Positions 43,676 through 57,979 of a stretch of 64,000 nt of DNA are shown here, in pieces (position 1 is the stretch's first letter; every line of letters begins with the position of its first letter). The notes beneath the pieces were generated by a model. It was given only the letters and a program-made list of their open reading frames with translations. It was not told where the DNA came from and made no database searches. A program made the translations under genes and the position numbers. The stretch is from Octopus vulgaris (taxonomy: Eukaryota), in contig OX597826.1 of NCBI GenBank assembly GCA_951406725.2, positions 52,452,001 through 52,516,000 on the forward strand, in the 5' to 3' direction.

Positions 43676-44859
43676 AATATATGTGTGTATGAAAGAGTGC
43701 GTGGTTATGTAAATCTGGGTATGTAAATCTGTTTTTGTTTCCGTGAGATATGTTAAATTAGTGCAGTGCGATTTGGGACAGTCTTGCAGCCTATTCCTAA
43801 CAGGTCGTTGACTCGAACAGATTGTGTTTTCTTTTAACTGCAAATAACAAATAAATGAATGAAAGCAATTTAGGAAAAGGAAAAAGAAGAGCATACTGCA
43901 ACAACAATTGCATTATGATAACACAGAGAAGGCATTCAAGAATTGCAGTTTGCAACAGTGCCAGATTATTTAACCGTACCAATATAAGCTGCAATAATAT
44001 AGCCGTTGGGGGAAAACAGCAGACATCAAGAGCAAAAACAAAAATACAAAACAAGCAACAGCTGCAATAACTATAACAAGTATGTAAAAAATGATAGCGT
44101 TGGCAATATGCCATTAGTGTGCAATGGTGGTTTTGCAGCTAGCTGCTGCTATATTAGAATTCTCGATGCAGCTCTTGTTTTTGCTTGCTTCTGTTTATAT
44201 TACTTCAGCTGATGCATCTTAGAGAATGCACCGCCGCTTTTTTGTTTGCTTCACTTTTTAAAAGTTGTTTCCATGCAGCTAAATCTCAATTCTTCCAAGT
44301 TGTTGTTTACTCTGAAGTCCTCCCTCGTCGAGTAGACCTATCATTCATATGCATTCCAAGCCGTCATTTTTGTGCATATGTTTATCATTTTTTTGTTTTT
44401 ACCCCATATCATGGACAACATATTTCAATGCATCTTTATCTTTAACCTTTAAACTCGTAGGTTGTGATTTATGGGACTTTTTGTATGCTTTCTCGATCAG
44501 GTCGGTCAGTCACATGGAGGCTCCAATCTGACTGATTGTAACAATGAGTTATTATCAGCTAATTTTGAGTCTTTATTGTTATGGCTGCAAATGTTGTTGT
44601 TAGCTCAAGGTCAGCTCTGATATTGTAGACTTGTTATCGAAGGCATTGCATCACAACCAGACTACATATATTGTTTATAAGGCTGCAAGCAGGCAGATGG
44701 TTTGCGGTATTTCGACCGTCTTTACGTTCTAAGTACACATTTGCCTTTCACAATTGCGGGACTATAGAATAAGTACCCGTTGAACACTGGAATTGATGTA
44801 ATTGTCCAGTTCCCTCTCCTGAAATATCATGTGCAAATAGTAGAAAGGATTATTATTAT

Positions 44860-45660
<801 letters not shown>

Positions 45661-45663
<3 letters not shown>

Positions 45664-46995
45664 TAGTATATTTTTTTATAGCATACTTTCACTTTACTAC
45701 CGAGCGCAGCTCTGTGTGCCTTGGGTATGTGCTGTGATTTGTTGCGATGCTCTGATGGTTACTGTATGGAAAGTGTTCTGCGTAGGATGTGTGCAGTGCC
45801 TAGTAGTGCAATTTTCTGTATGTTATATGTGTTTGTAAGTCCTGGTGTTTTTGTTATGTATTTGTCTGAATATTTTTTTTATCATGCCTAATGCACCTAT
45901 TATGATAGGAATTGTTTCTGATTTTAGATTCCACATTCTGGTTACCTCTATTTCCAGGTCTTTGTATTTTGAAAGTTTCTCCATTTCTTTTAGAGACACG
46001 TTGTCATCTGCTGGTATTGATACATCAATTAGAAAGCATTTTTTTCTTCATGATCTCTGACAACTATATCTGGTCTGTTGGCCTCAATTTCTTTATCTGT
46101 GTGTATTGGGATATCCCAGAGAATGGTTGCTTTCTCGTTTTCTGTGACCTTTTCTGGTGTGTGCCTATACCATCTTTTTTCTGTTGTTATTTCATAATGA
46201 TGGCATAGTTTCCAGTGTATATAGGTCCCAACTCTGTCGTGTCTGTGAATATATTCCTTCTTAGCCAGGACTGGGCAGCCAGAGATAATATGAATTTATT
46301 GTTTCTTGTCCATCTCCACATATTCTGCAGTTACTTGTTATATTTCTTTTCATTACATGTTTTTGGTAATTTCTGGTGAGGAAGCTTTGGTCTTGTGCTG
46401 CAATTAAAAATCCTTCTTTCTCTGCTTTGAGTCCTGAGCTTCTCAACCATTGCTGGGATTTTTCTTTGTCTATTACTTTTGCATTTAGTTTAGCCCAGTA
46501 TTTGCCATGAAGGGACTTTTCTTGCCATCGTTTTATCATGGTTCTTTGGTGTTCTATTTTTAGTTTGGATTTCCTTTGTTTTATAGCTTTTGTTGTTTCT
46601 TCTTCTTCTTCTTCTTCTTCTTCTTCTTCTTCTTCTTCTTCTTCTTCTTCTTCTTCATATTTGTTAGGTGGTATGATTTCTTGTTTGTATTTGTCAGCTT
46701 CCTTAAATACTGAGAACAGTTTTTTGTTTTGCTCGTGTTTTGCCGCTATTTGTATCTGAAGTAGATATTTTTGCAGTCCTATGGTGGTTATTTTATAATA
46801 GTTTTCCAGCTGTATAAGGCCTTTACAACCTTCTATACGTTGTATATATAGCCTTTCTATGTCAGATTTTGGGTGATGCATCCTAGATTCTGTCATTATT
46901 AGTTTTCCTATCTATTTTGGTCAGTTCATTTAGTGTCCAGATAAGGATATTGTAGCTGTAGTTCATTTAGTTTACAGTTAAGGGTATTGTAGCTG
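45661..46995 (-). mobile_element. 5'-truncated Dong/R4-type LINE (RT thumb, CCHC finger, endonuclease)
   Basis: MHHPKSDIERLYI, WQEKSLHGKY, AAQDQSFLTRNY, CRICG..ETIN. (TAA)n on both sides. Confidence 0.85.
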
Positions 46996-47045
<50 letters not shown>

Positions 47046-47645
47046 GGTGATGGGCCGGTAAAATCGTTATAATGTTTAGACGCATTTCTTTTGAACCTTT
47101 ACAATTTAAATAAGAATAAGGCGAGATAAACTTTTCATCCTTTCGGAATCCATGAAAATAACGTACTAGTCAAGCATTGGAGATGATATCATTAATTAAT
47201 TAATTCCTCTGCTATTAACTGCTGGCTAGAGCCAAAACTTGTAACAGTTATTATTGTTAATATTATTATTTTGTTAAGAGAGTTGGCTGTTATTTTAGTG
47301 AGATTTGTCAGCTATTTCTTGTTGATCGAGAAATGACTAGATCCTTCTTATGTGTTAATGTTGCATTAAGCAAGGTGAAAATATAATGCACATTTCATGA
47401 TACAATAGCATCGAACGCATAACCACTTGATTGCATGAAGATTTTTTTAACAATTTGACTAAAACTCTGCCTAAGCTTTCGCAAAATTACAGATTTATAA
47501 CTCCTTTTGGTTACGTACGCAAATGGACGAATACACGGCTGTGTACTGTAGCCTCAGCTTATCTACTGTCTTTTGACTGAAATTTTGTATGTGTGGAATG
47601 TTTGTGTGTGCTTGTTTGTATGTATACATATATAAATATGTATAT

Positions 47646-47684
<39 letters not shown>

Positions 47685-47808
47685 GTATATATACAAATAT
47701 ATACATATATATTATATATATATATGCATATACACATATATATATATATAAAATATTCATACATATACGTACATACGTACCTGCTAAAATGCATGCATGC
47801 ATACTAAT

Positions 47809-47883
<75 letters not shown>

Positions 47884-48099
47884 AATTTCATTACAAACAA
47901 CATGGACCAAATTTCTTCTTAAGAAAAAATATATATTCATATAAATTAGACATTATATCATAAATAGCGATTGCGAAACCGGTCGATACATTAAAATTAT
48001 ATTATAACCATGTAAGTGTGCGTATTTTCCTTTTTTAATTTCTTATATATATACATGTATTGGGTATACATGTAGATGGGTTGGAATTGTGTACAAATT

Positions 48100-48277
48100 C
48101 TATATATTAAGAAAAAGAAAGCAGTCAATATTTGGGTGAAAATCATTCAATTAGCGCTTTACTCTCTTCAAAGGATTGATCATGGCTCATTCATAATGAA
48201 TCCCTTAAAGGGATGAAAGCGCTAATGAAATAGAGTTTATTCAAACCCTGGCTATCTTCTATTTCTTCCTATATATA
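48100..48277. repeat. Small degenerate palindrome with hammerhead-like arms
   Basis: Right arm TTCAT-AATGA-ATCCC-TTAAA-GGGAT-GAAAGCGCTA-ATGAA. Left arm mirrors it (TTAGCGCTTT...). TA flanks. Confidence 0.55.
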
Positions 48278-49036
48278 AAAGAATATGATATTACAAAGGA
48301 ATAAACGATTATCTTGAGAATTTATTAGCTTACATCTGTTTCTGATATAAGATGAAGTGGACTCATCAGCGGTGCCTCGAATATGAAGTGCAATTTAATT
48401 GGGAAAGGAACTACATTTATGCACATATTTCTGTATATATATATATATATATACTACCAGATATACCCGGCGTTTCTCGAGTATATAGCGATGGAACTTA
48501 GAGTAAAAACAATAGCGAAATTATATTTCATATTTCTTAATACGACCGGCAGAAAGTAAATAAGAAATTTTTACGGAAAATAATAAATTCTACGGGCTGA
48601 ATTGAAATTTGTCAGTGAACCAAAGATCCAGAATCGAAGGAACGAGAAAAAAGCCGTTAACAACAGAATAATACAAGACGGTTGCAAAAGTAAAGATAGG
48701 GAAAGTAACTAAGTGTACGGATTTAAGTGAAAGTTTTTTGAAGTTACTTCTGTCAGCGACTTATGATCATACTTTTGTATAGTAAATTATGTATGAAATT
48801 ACTTTCATAAATAATTTTGAACTTCTTTCTGTCAGTAATTTGTCGTTGTAGTTTGTAAATAGAGGTTGAAAACAATAGCGATGGAACTTAGAGTAAAAAC
48901 AATAGCCACTGAAAAATGAAAGTGAAAACAATAGAAAGTGAGCGAGATATATAAATAAAGAGAGAGAGAGTGAGAGAGCTAGTTAGACAAATAAGATAGA
49001 TATAGATTAATAGATACAGAGAGATAGATAGATATA

Positions 49037-49090
<54 letters not shown>

Positions 49091-49472
49091 TACTTAATAC
49101 CAAGCTAACATGGCAGTCCAGGAAAATGGGACGGTATACAGGCATACATCCACACTCCTGCATATACGTATACACATATATATACATATGTTCACACGCA
49201 ACACATACGCAAACACACACACATACACACACACATACACACACACATACACACATACACACACACATATATATATATATAAATCCTCCTATCACACACC
49301 TACAACCGCAGATATACATGTATATGCATATCCGTATAAAAGAAGGGTATGTTTGCATGAAATTTGCTCTTCTGCACCGGACACAGTCCTACACTCATTT
49401 ACATACATACACGTGTACACATATATACACACCACGCACACAAATACACATTTAATATATACATACACACAT

Positions 49473-49579
<107 letters not shown>

Positions 49580-49944
49580 CTCACACACGTACACCTTCGG
49601 GTACGGTTTTGAGCACCCCAACATCACGGATAGAATTCGCACTTTTTCTATGTTCCTGCACAAAATTTCCATGTCTTAACATTTTTTATTGTCTTATATA
49701 TGTTTTTTTACATTTTTCTTTTTTAATTGTGTGAATGTGTACGTGTGTGAGTATATGTATATATATGTATTAAATGTGTATGTGTGTACATATGTACATA
49801 TATGTATATACGTATATGCGGGACTGTGAATGTATGTCTGTACTATATATTCACGTATATTTATATGTATAAATGTCTAAATATATGTGTATGCAAGCGT
49901 ACAGCTATGTGTATATGAAGTTGCGGGCACATATACATACATAC

Positions 49945-49987
<43 letters not shown>

Positions 49988-50307
49988 GTGTGCGTGTGTG
50001 TGTGGATATCTGTATATGTATGAGTACGCACAGGCACATATATGTTTGTGTGTGTATGTGCATGTACATATACATGTTTGTGTACGCATGTAGCCGTTAT
50101 GAACGCAGGAGGTTTTAAGTTTATGTATTGTGAGACTATGGTTGCGTGTATTTTTTATCTTTTATATTCTTTTCTACCTAGTAGAGAAACTTTCCTTTTA
50201 TTCAACGGTTTTTCATAGCGTCCATTGCCATTAATAACCGATGAGAATGGATTATAGCTCTTAGCTCCGGCATTTGAAAAATATGTATGTATGTATGTGT
50301 TTGTGTG

Positions 50308-50350
<43 letters not shown>

Positions 50351-50429
50351 ATGTGTGTGTGTGTATGTGGGTGTGTGTTAAAATAAAAAGAGAGAACAAA
50401 GCCAACGACATTGATAAACAGGAAAGTTA

Positions 50430-50477
50430 GTCTTACAGCTGTTTCTGGGATATCAGGGATACCCCTTCATCAGAGAC
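50430..50477 (-). ncRNA. Minimal type-I hammerhead ribozyme (PLE-type)
   Basis: rc GTCT-CTGATGA-A-GGGGTATC-CCT-GATATCCC-A-GAAAC-AGCT-GTA|AGAC. Canonical core, stems I and II intact, palindromic stem III, GUA cleavage triplet. Confidence 0.75.
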
Positions 50478-50721
50478 GATATGAGATAGTTAAATGGAGA
50501 GAAATATCAGAGTTCAATATTAGAAGTTGTTTTGAAAAAGGAAGCAAGTAAGGAGTATATAGGGAAATTGGAAGATGAATGTAGAAATACAAATAAAAAT
50601 GTATAAAGATGTTATAGCTGCAGTTCCATTATCCAAAGGAAGTTGTGTCTAGAATAAAGGTAATATTAATAAAATAAACATTAGGTAACAGGAAATGTTT
50701 ATATATATATTTTTTATTTAT

Positions 50722-53700
50722 TTATCTAGTTTCAGCTCACAAGCGGTGGCCATGCTGGGGCACCGCCATTTGGTGTTGCTACATGATTTTACTTCACGAA
50801 TGCTTTTTAGCAATTGCCATTTGCTGCATGAGAGAGTTCGATGCAGCTGCCCTCATCTGCACCTCCTGCCGTGAAGTTGGTTCATCTGGGATACCTGACA
50901 AGAAGAGATCCAGCTTCATTTTAAAGACATCTGCATCCACCCCATGCAGGTCTCTTAGGTTCTTCGGGAGGATATTGAAGAGCTGTGGGCCTCGGAAGCC
51001 CGGCCTATCACTGTATATTGTCCTACATCTTGATGGCAAATTTGGAGTACTTGACACTATGCAGTGGCGCCCAGTTCTGGCATTTGTGTAACTCTCGATG
51101 CCAAAGTTTGAGACAAGTCCTTCTAGGATCTTACAGATGTATATTATGGCATATCTTTCTCGCCTACGCTCTAAGGAATAGCGTCTCAATCTCTTGAGTC
51201 TTTCCCAATAGCTTATATGCTGCACAGAGGCTATCTTCTTCGTGTAGCTTCGTTGGATCGCGTCAAGATCTGTGATTAACTTGGCACTGGATGGTGACCA
51301 TAGCTGAGAGCAATAGTCAAAGTGGCTTAGGACAAGTGTCCTCCAGAGGACCATCATGGTTTCCTGGTCTCTTGTTCTGAAGGTTCTAAGAATCCATCCG
51401 GTCAGCCGCCTACATTTCATTGCCAATTTAGCAACATGCACATGAAAGGTTGCATCATCACTCATGTAAATACCCAGGTCTCGCACTGATTGTGCCTCGG
51501 ATTGCAATCCCTCCAGGTCCAGTGTATTTATTGGGTATTGCATTTAGTTTTGCGTGCTGATAGCATAGACCATGAAACTTTTCAGCATTGGACTGCATGC
51601 TATTCTTTTCAGCCCACTTGTATATTTTGTCCAGCTCACATTGCAGGTGCTTAGTGTCTTCAGGGTTCTGTATTGCCTGTGAAACTTTTGTATCATCTGC
51701 ATAACTTGTCATCGTGGTTCTCTGCGTGGCTGAGGGCATGTCTGAGAGGGCCATTATTAACAGTAGTGGTCCCAAAACAGTGCCCTGCGGAACATCGCTA
51801 CTACCACCTGACTTCTATCCTTCAGAAAGTCATGAAGCCACTCTCCCAATTTTCCAACTATGCCAAGATCACGCAGTTTGTGACATAGCATTCCATGATC
51901 GACTTTATCAAAGGCCTTTGCAAAGTCGAGATATATGACTTCCACATTTGAGTGGTTGAGCAGTCGTTTCAGCACCCAGTCATAGTGTTGTAGGAGTTGA
52001 GTTAAGCAGCTTCTTCCTGGTCGGAAACCATGTTGGGTGTCAGGCAGCAAATCATTTTCTTCAAGGAAGGTGATTAGTTTCCTTCTGATTATTAGTTCCA
52101 TGACCTTGCTGATGTGTGAGGTCAGAGAGATAGGTCTGTAGCTCTTTATGAATAGGGCATATTTTACCTTCCTTCAGTTTTCTTGAAAGTTTGCCAGTTG
52201 CAAAGAAGCTCTGAAAGAGGAACTGCAGTGGTCTTGCTAGGACTCTCTAACATACTTTTAGAAGTATTACTGGGAATGCATCTGGGCCAGTAGCTGAGTT
52301 TGTTTTCATTTCATCAATAGCCTTTATTACATCGTCTTCCTTTATATTGATGTAATCAATCATTGCTGCCTCCGATTTTATATCTGCAGTGGTAAAGAAG
52401 TCAGTTGGATTGCTGACTTGAAAATGCCCTAGGGGTGGCGTGAAGATACTCTTGAATTGCTCATTTAGTATTTCACTTACCTTCATTGGATTTCCTGTGA
52501 GTGTGCCATCCTTTTCAAGGAGTAGCGCTATCCTACAGTGCACCGTAGCTGTTTCTTTGGCATACCTGTAGAAAGCTCTGGGGTTAGATTTTATGTTGTC
52601 TATAGCCCAGGCTTCTTTGTCTGCTCTTTCTTTTTCATGGGAGAGTTGCAGACATTTTTCAATTTCCAACAGTTTTATTTTCAGGCGGGACATTTCACTG
52701 CTTTCAATTTGTTTGTTTAGGCGATTTGAAACTTTTGTACGCCGTCTCATTAGAATTTTCCTCTCTCTGGGGATTTTGCTCTTGTGTACAGTGGCCTTTC
52801 TCTCTGGGACACATTTGTAGCATATGGCTTGCATTACAGACATGAATTGTTGAAGTTTCATGTCGATGTCTGGCGAGGATAGACATTCAGGCCAGTTTTG
52901 TTTGAGGATCTCTTTCTCAATTTGTTTGCCTTATGGAAGTTCAAGCTGGAAAGATTCTGAGAGTTTCTTGTAGGCTGCATGTCCATGCTTTCCTTTGGCC
53001 CGTACATGGTCAGCTCTACCATGTTGTGATCCGAGAGTAGTGTCGGTGTCACTTTCACATTATGGATAAGATCCATATTATTTGTGAAGCAGAGATCCAT
53101 AAGAAGTCTCCCATAAGAAGTACACTTATGTGTTGTTCTAATGTGACTAGAACTTCTATTTTTATAAGGCAGTCTTCAAACTTGCCTACATGGCTTGGGG
53201 CATCTGGAGGGCGATATGTAGCACATATAACTACACCAAGTTGCTTTATATGTACAATTAGTGTGTCACACACCGAATTTGAGTATGACAAAAGGACCTG
53301 GGGTGTGAGGTCCTCACGGATGTACATAGCAACTCCTCTATGACTCGTTTCTTTTCTGTCGGTCTGTAGTACAACATACTGTGGTATGTGCATTTCCGCA
53401 TCTGCTATGTCCGGTTTCAGGTGTGTTTCCGTAGGTGCTATGCATAAGGCTTGATTGCATGCAACAAAGTATCTCAAGAACGGGTTTTTTGTCCTGTTAC
53501 TGAGTGTTAGCAGTCCTCTGATGTTCAGGAGGAGCATCGAGGTGAGGTGTATGCTGTTGCCGGCGGTGTCCACCTTGGGCCTATTTGCTGTGGCGGTCTT
53601 GAGTATTGTGGATAGGCCCATCTGCGAGTTTGAGTTTCATGGAGCCAGGTTAGCTGCTGTACAATCTTTTGTGCCATGCACAAAAAAGATTCTTGTTAAG

Positions 53701-54450
53701 CAGCTGCCCTTTCAATAACATGTTGGCGGTTTGTAACACGCACTACATCTGCGTACCTCCGTTTTGGGGCAGATGGTGCGTGGTCCATCTCTTTTCCTTT
53801 TGATAGTTGGTTTCCGACCTGTTTCGTGTTTCTGCGGCAGGGTCCCCGATGTGCAAAACGGCAGCCTGCACCTTCCTCTCAATGCCAGCAGACACCTCTC
53901 AGGTAGAACCTACACACCCGTGTGCGCTGTCTGTTTCCATCCTTTTTGGTACATGGATAGTCAGGTTTACTACTATCCTTGGCTGTTTCAGGTTTTGGTT
54001 TTGTTTGAGTTTTAGTTTTTCCTTCTTTGGCTGTTTCATCTTTTGTTTTTCTTTTAGTTTTTCCTCCTTTTATTTCTATTTTGGCTCTTTCATCTCCATG
54101 GCTTTTGGTGCTGGTAGGAGCACTTGCACTTGGGTTTACTTCCCGGGCAGGTTTCTCACTTGAATCTTGTTCCTGGGTGTCTACCAAGTGGGGGTGACTT
54201 CTTTCATCAGCACCCGCGTCTCCATCCTTGCCTTCTTTACTTTGTTCGTTGTTAAAGATGGCATCAAGCGTACCAATGTGAAACCTTATGAGTGCATAGG
54301 AGCGTATAAACTCCTGATTTTTTCGCTCTATCTGAGCTATTGTCCTTTTATATCCGCTGCTCTTCAGCGCAGCTGTAATTATGTTGTTCAGATTTTATCC
54401 ATCGGCGCATTACCAGGCTCTTAGGAACAACGCAAATTCATTACTTCTCC
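50722..54450 (-). mobile_element. Near full-length decayed CR1-group LINE (CCCH-finger ORF1, APE, RT)
   Basis: VCRFYLRGVCWH; LLLNIRGL...TETHL (APE); QHGFRPGRSCLTQLL, YLDFAKAFDKVDH, YADDT (RT). Many frameshifts. Confidence 0.9.
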
Positions 54451-54764
54451 AGGTTCTGGACATTTTGGATATTTTATTTATTTATCTATCTAATTATATT
54501 TAAAATGTAATAGTGTGATAGAGGGTAGAGAAGAAATATAGAAAGAAAGTGTCTATGTATTTAGAGAGATTGAGAGCTGAGAGAAGATAAGAAGAGAGTA
54601 AGAGAGGAAAGTTCGCGACTATATATTTAGAAAAACTGAGAGGCTGAGAGAGGAAAGATGGTGTGACAGAGAGAAATAGAGAAGTGAAGAGACAAGGAAA
54701 GATTGAACGGCTGAGAGAAGAAAGATGGTGTGATAGAGAGAAAGAAAAGAAAGAGAGGAGGTTA

Positions 54765-54920
54765 CGAAGCTGAAATAGAAAATGAAAGATTATTAACAGG
54801 ATGTAAATTATAAATATATATACCTGACCGTAGCTACAAACGTTTTCTTCTAAACTAAACTAATTGAGACTATACTTCTAATGTTCGCGTCTATATATTT
54901 AGAGAGAATGAGTGGCTGAG

Positions 54921-55001
<81 letters not shown>

Positions 55002-55162
55002 AATTAACAAATAAATATATGCCTATCTAAAATTGAATAATTTTAGAGGGATGTAACGGAGCTGAAACAGAAACCGAAAGATTATTAAAGAATGTAAACT
55101 AAACTTATTGCGACTGTACTTCTAATGTTCGCGTCTATATATTTAGGGGATTGAGGGCTGAG

Positions 55163-55204
<42 letters not shown>

Positions 55205-55334
55205 AACAAATAAATATATGCCTATCTAAAATTGAATAATTTTAGAGAGATGTAACGGAGCTGAAACAGAGACCGAAAGATTATTAAAGAATGTAAACTA
55301 AACTAATTGCGACTATACTTCTAATGTTTGCGTG

Positions 55335-55335
<1 letters not shown>
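54765..55335. repeat. Three tandem ~200-290-bp units with embedded (TA)n, upstream of the LINE
   Basis: GCTGAAA.AGA..CCGAAAGATTATTAA...GACTATACTTCTAATGTTCGCGTCTATATATTTAG repeated. Confidence 0.8.
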
Positions 55336-55390
<55 letters not shown>

Positions 55391-56298
55391 GAGAGAGAGA
55401 GAGAGAGAGAGGTAGAAGAAAGTGAGGAAATGAAGGAATTATTTAATTCTAAACTAACTACGGGGAAATAAACATATGAAATCGAAACAGAAATTGAAAG
55501 AAAGTTTTTCTCAGAATGTAAACAAAGATGGCGTCGTAAATCGTAACTGAGATGTTAGCTTACATTAAAGGAAAATAAAAAATAATAAACAAAAATATGA
55601 AAACAATACTTATCATAAAAGGTACAGTCCAAACCCTCGTGCTTGTACGAAGAAGTTTTGTTTCACAACAGAAAAGAAAACAATTCTTTTTCCTTCTTAA
55701 TTTTGGCTGGAGATAAATTAACGACTTGCCACCACGTGCTTTTTCGGTGAAGATTCTATCATGCGTAACTAACTTTACTGTATTATATTTGGCTTCAAGC
55801 AAAATATATTACGTTTTTAATTAATATATTTTTAATTAATGTATTTTAGTAGACTTTATGAGTTAACAAGTTCTACGTTTTGTTACATTTAGTAGATTAA
55901 TTCGTCGATTTATGAAAACCTTTTTGTTTTTTCACAGAACAAAAGCAAACACGTCTTTCCTCTACGAAAACCGGAATAAATAAATTGAAAATTACAATGA
56001 ATTACGTAGAATGCCTTCATGCATAGCTGAGATGTAGGGAATATATATATATATATATATATATAAAGGCAGCTAAACCGGAACAAATTTAAATGGGGCA
56101 TATCTGAAAATATAATCAGAGGTAATGATAATTTATTTGTGCGTTTAAGCAGTGAATCAGGATTCAGCTCAATATGTTATTAACTTGGCATATTTTAGTA
56201 CTCAGCTCAATAATGTTATTAACTTTATATTTTAGTACTAAATAATAAGACTAATGGAGAAATAACCCTAATTATATATCGAAAATAAAATACGCCAT

Positions 56299-56377
<79 letters not shown>

Positions 56378-56990
56378 CATATATAAGTAACATCGAGTCA
56401 TATAATACCTGTATTAAACAGTTAAGAGGAGGTAATATGATATTTAACAAAAGCTCTTAATTTTCATAAATAATTGTAATATATATCACATAACATGCAT
56501 TTAATTTGGTTGATCAGCTTACATGCAAAATCTAATTTGATACAAAGATTATGATGTCTTAAAGAGTAAGTTAAGTAAATTACATCAAATAAACTAGTTA
56601 GAGTACATTATGAGACATAACATGCTTTCAGTTATGTAGAACAACTTACATGCAAAATGTATAGTTTTGTAGCCGTTATCTCAACATATATTTCTAATCG
56701 GTATATTTTTACTACTTCTGAAGAGATTCATCTTATAATGACATTGATTTTATAAATTAATTATCCAAAGATTTATGAATCAAAACACCTGTCAGAGATA
56801 TTGTCATACTTTATAATTAATAAATAATTTTATTAATTACCTCTCCATTTTCTCCTTATTCTTTAAATATATAAATATATGAACCACAGTTTATATGGTT
56901 ACCTTATAGTTGAATTCTCTATAAATTGGTAACTAACAAGTATTTTCATTGGATTTATGATCCCTTAATGAGGTTTATTACCTTTACTTG

Positions 56991-57052
<62 letters not shown>

Positions 57053-57511
57053 TATATATATGAATACGAAATACGAAAGCAACATGAAATACGAAGACAA
57101 ACTTGGGTATGCGAACAACGAGAGAACCAAATGAAAAACAAGACATGTAATATAAAGAACGACCCTTCATCAGTTGTCGGCTGTCCATCTGCTTCTTGTT
57201 TCGAGCAATGATCGACAATATGAGGCTTCGAAAGCCAGTTGCTCTCGCGAACCAACATAAAACGTGGAGTTTGCGGAGGGTCAAAGTTGGTGATAAAAAC
57301 AGGACAGTGGAGACATACAACAAATCAAAGAAGACAAACATGAAGGGCCGTTAGGCCAGACAAGGTAAAGTAGCGAACGCTGGAGGAATATTGTCCTTGA
57401 TTTCGTGTTGTTTTCGTATTTCATGGTGTTTACGTTTTGTGACGTCTTGTATTCATGTATGCATATATATATCTATATATATATAGGTATGTATGCATAT
57501 ACATATATATG

Positions 57512-57597
<86 letters not shown>

Positions 57598-57599
57598 AG

Positions 57600-57860
57600 C
57601 GTGACCGACCAGGCTATCAGATGTTGTTACACATCACTGGTGACAATGTGCTTCGCATTGTTTTAGCCTCCAAATGACGCCACCTCGCTGGTTAAGCGAG
57701 CAGGCCGACAGAAGAAAGAGTGAGAGAAAGTTGTGGCGAAAGAGTACAGCAGGGATCGCCACCATCACCCTACCGGAGCCTCGTGAAGCTTTAGGTGTTT
57801 TCGCTCAATAAACACACACAACGAGTCCGCTGCCCTAACCACTGTGCCATTGCGCCTCCA
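57600..57860 (-). mobile_element. SINE family C, internally deleted
   Basis: Reverse complement of 61845-62145. Confidence 0.8.
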
Positions 57861-57862
57861 TA

Positions 57863-57965
<103 letters not shown>

Positions 57966-57979
57966 ATGTATATATATAT

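Noticed and set aside
54765-55335. CRISPR-like repeat-spacer array
   Set aside because: Eukaryotic context, long units, intervening sequence is microsatellite, and no cas genes.
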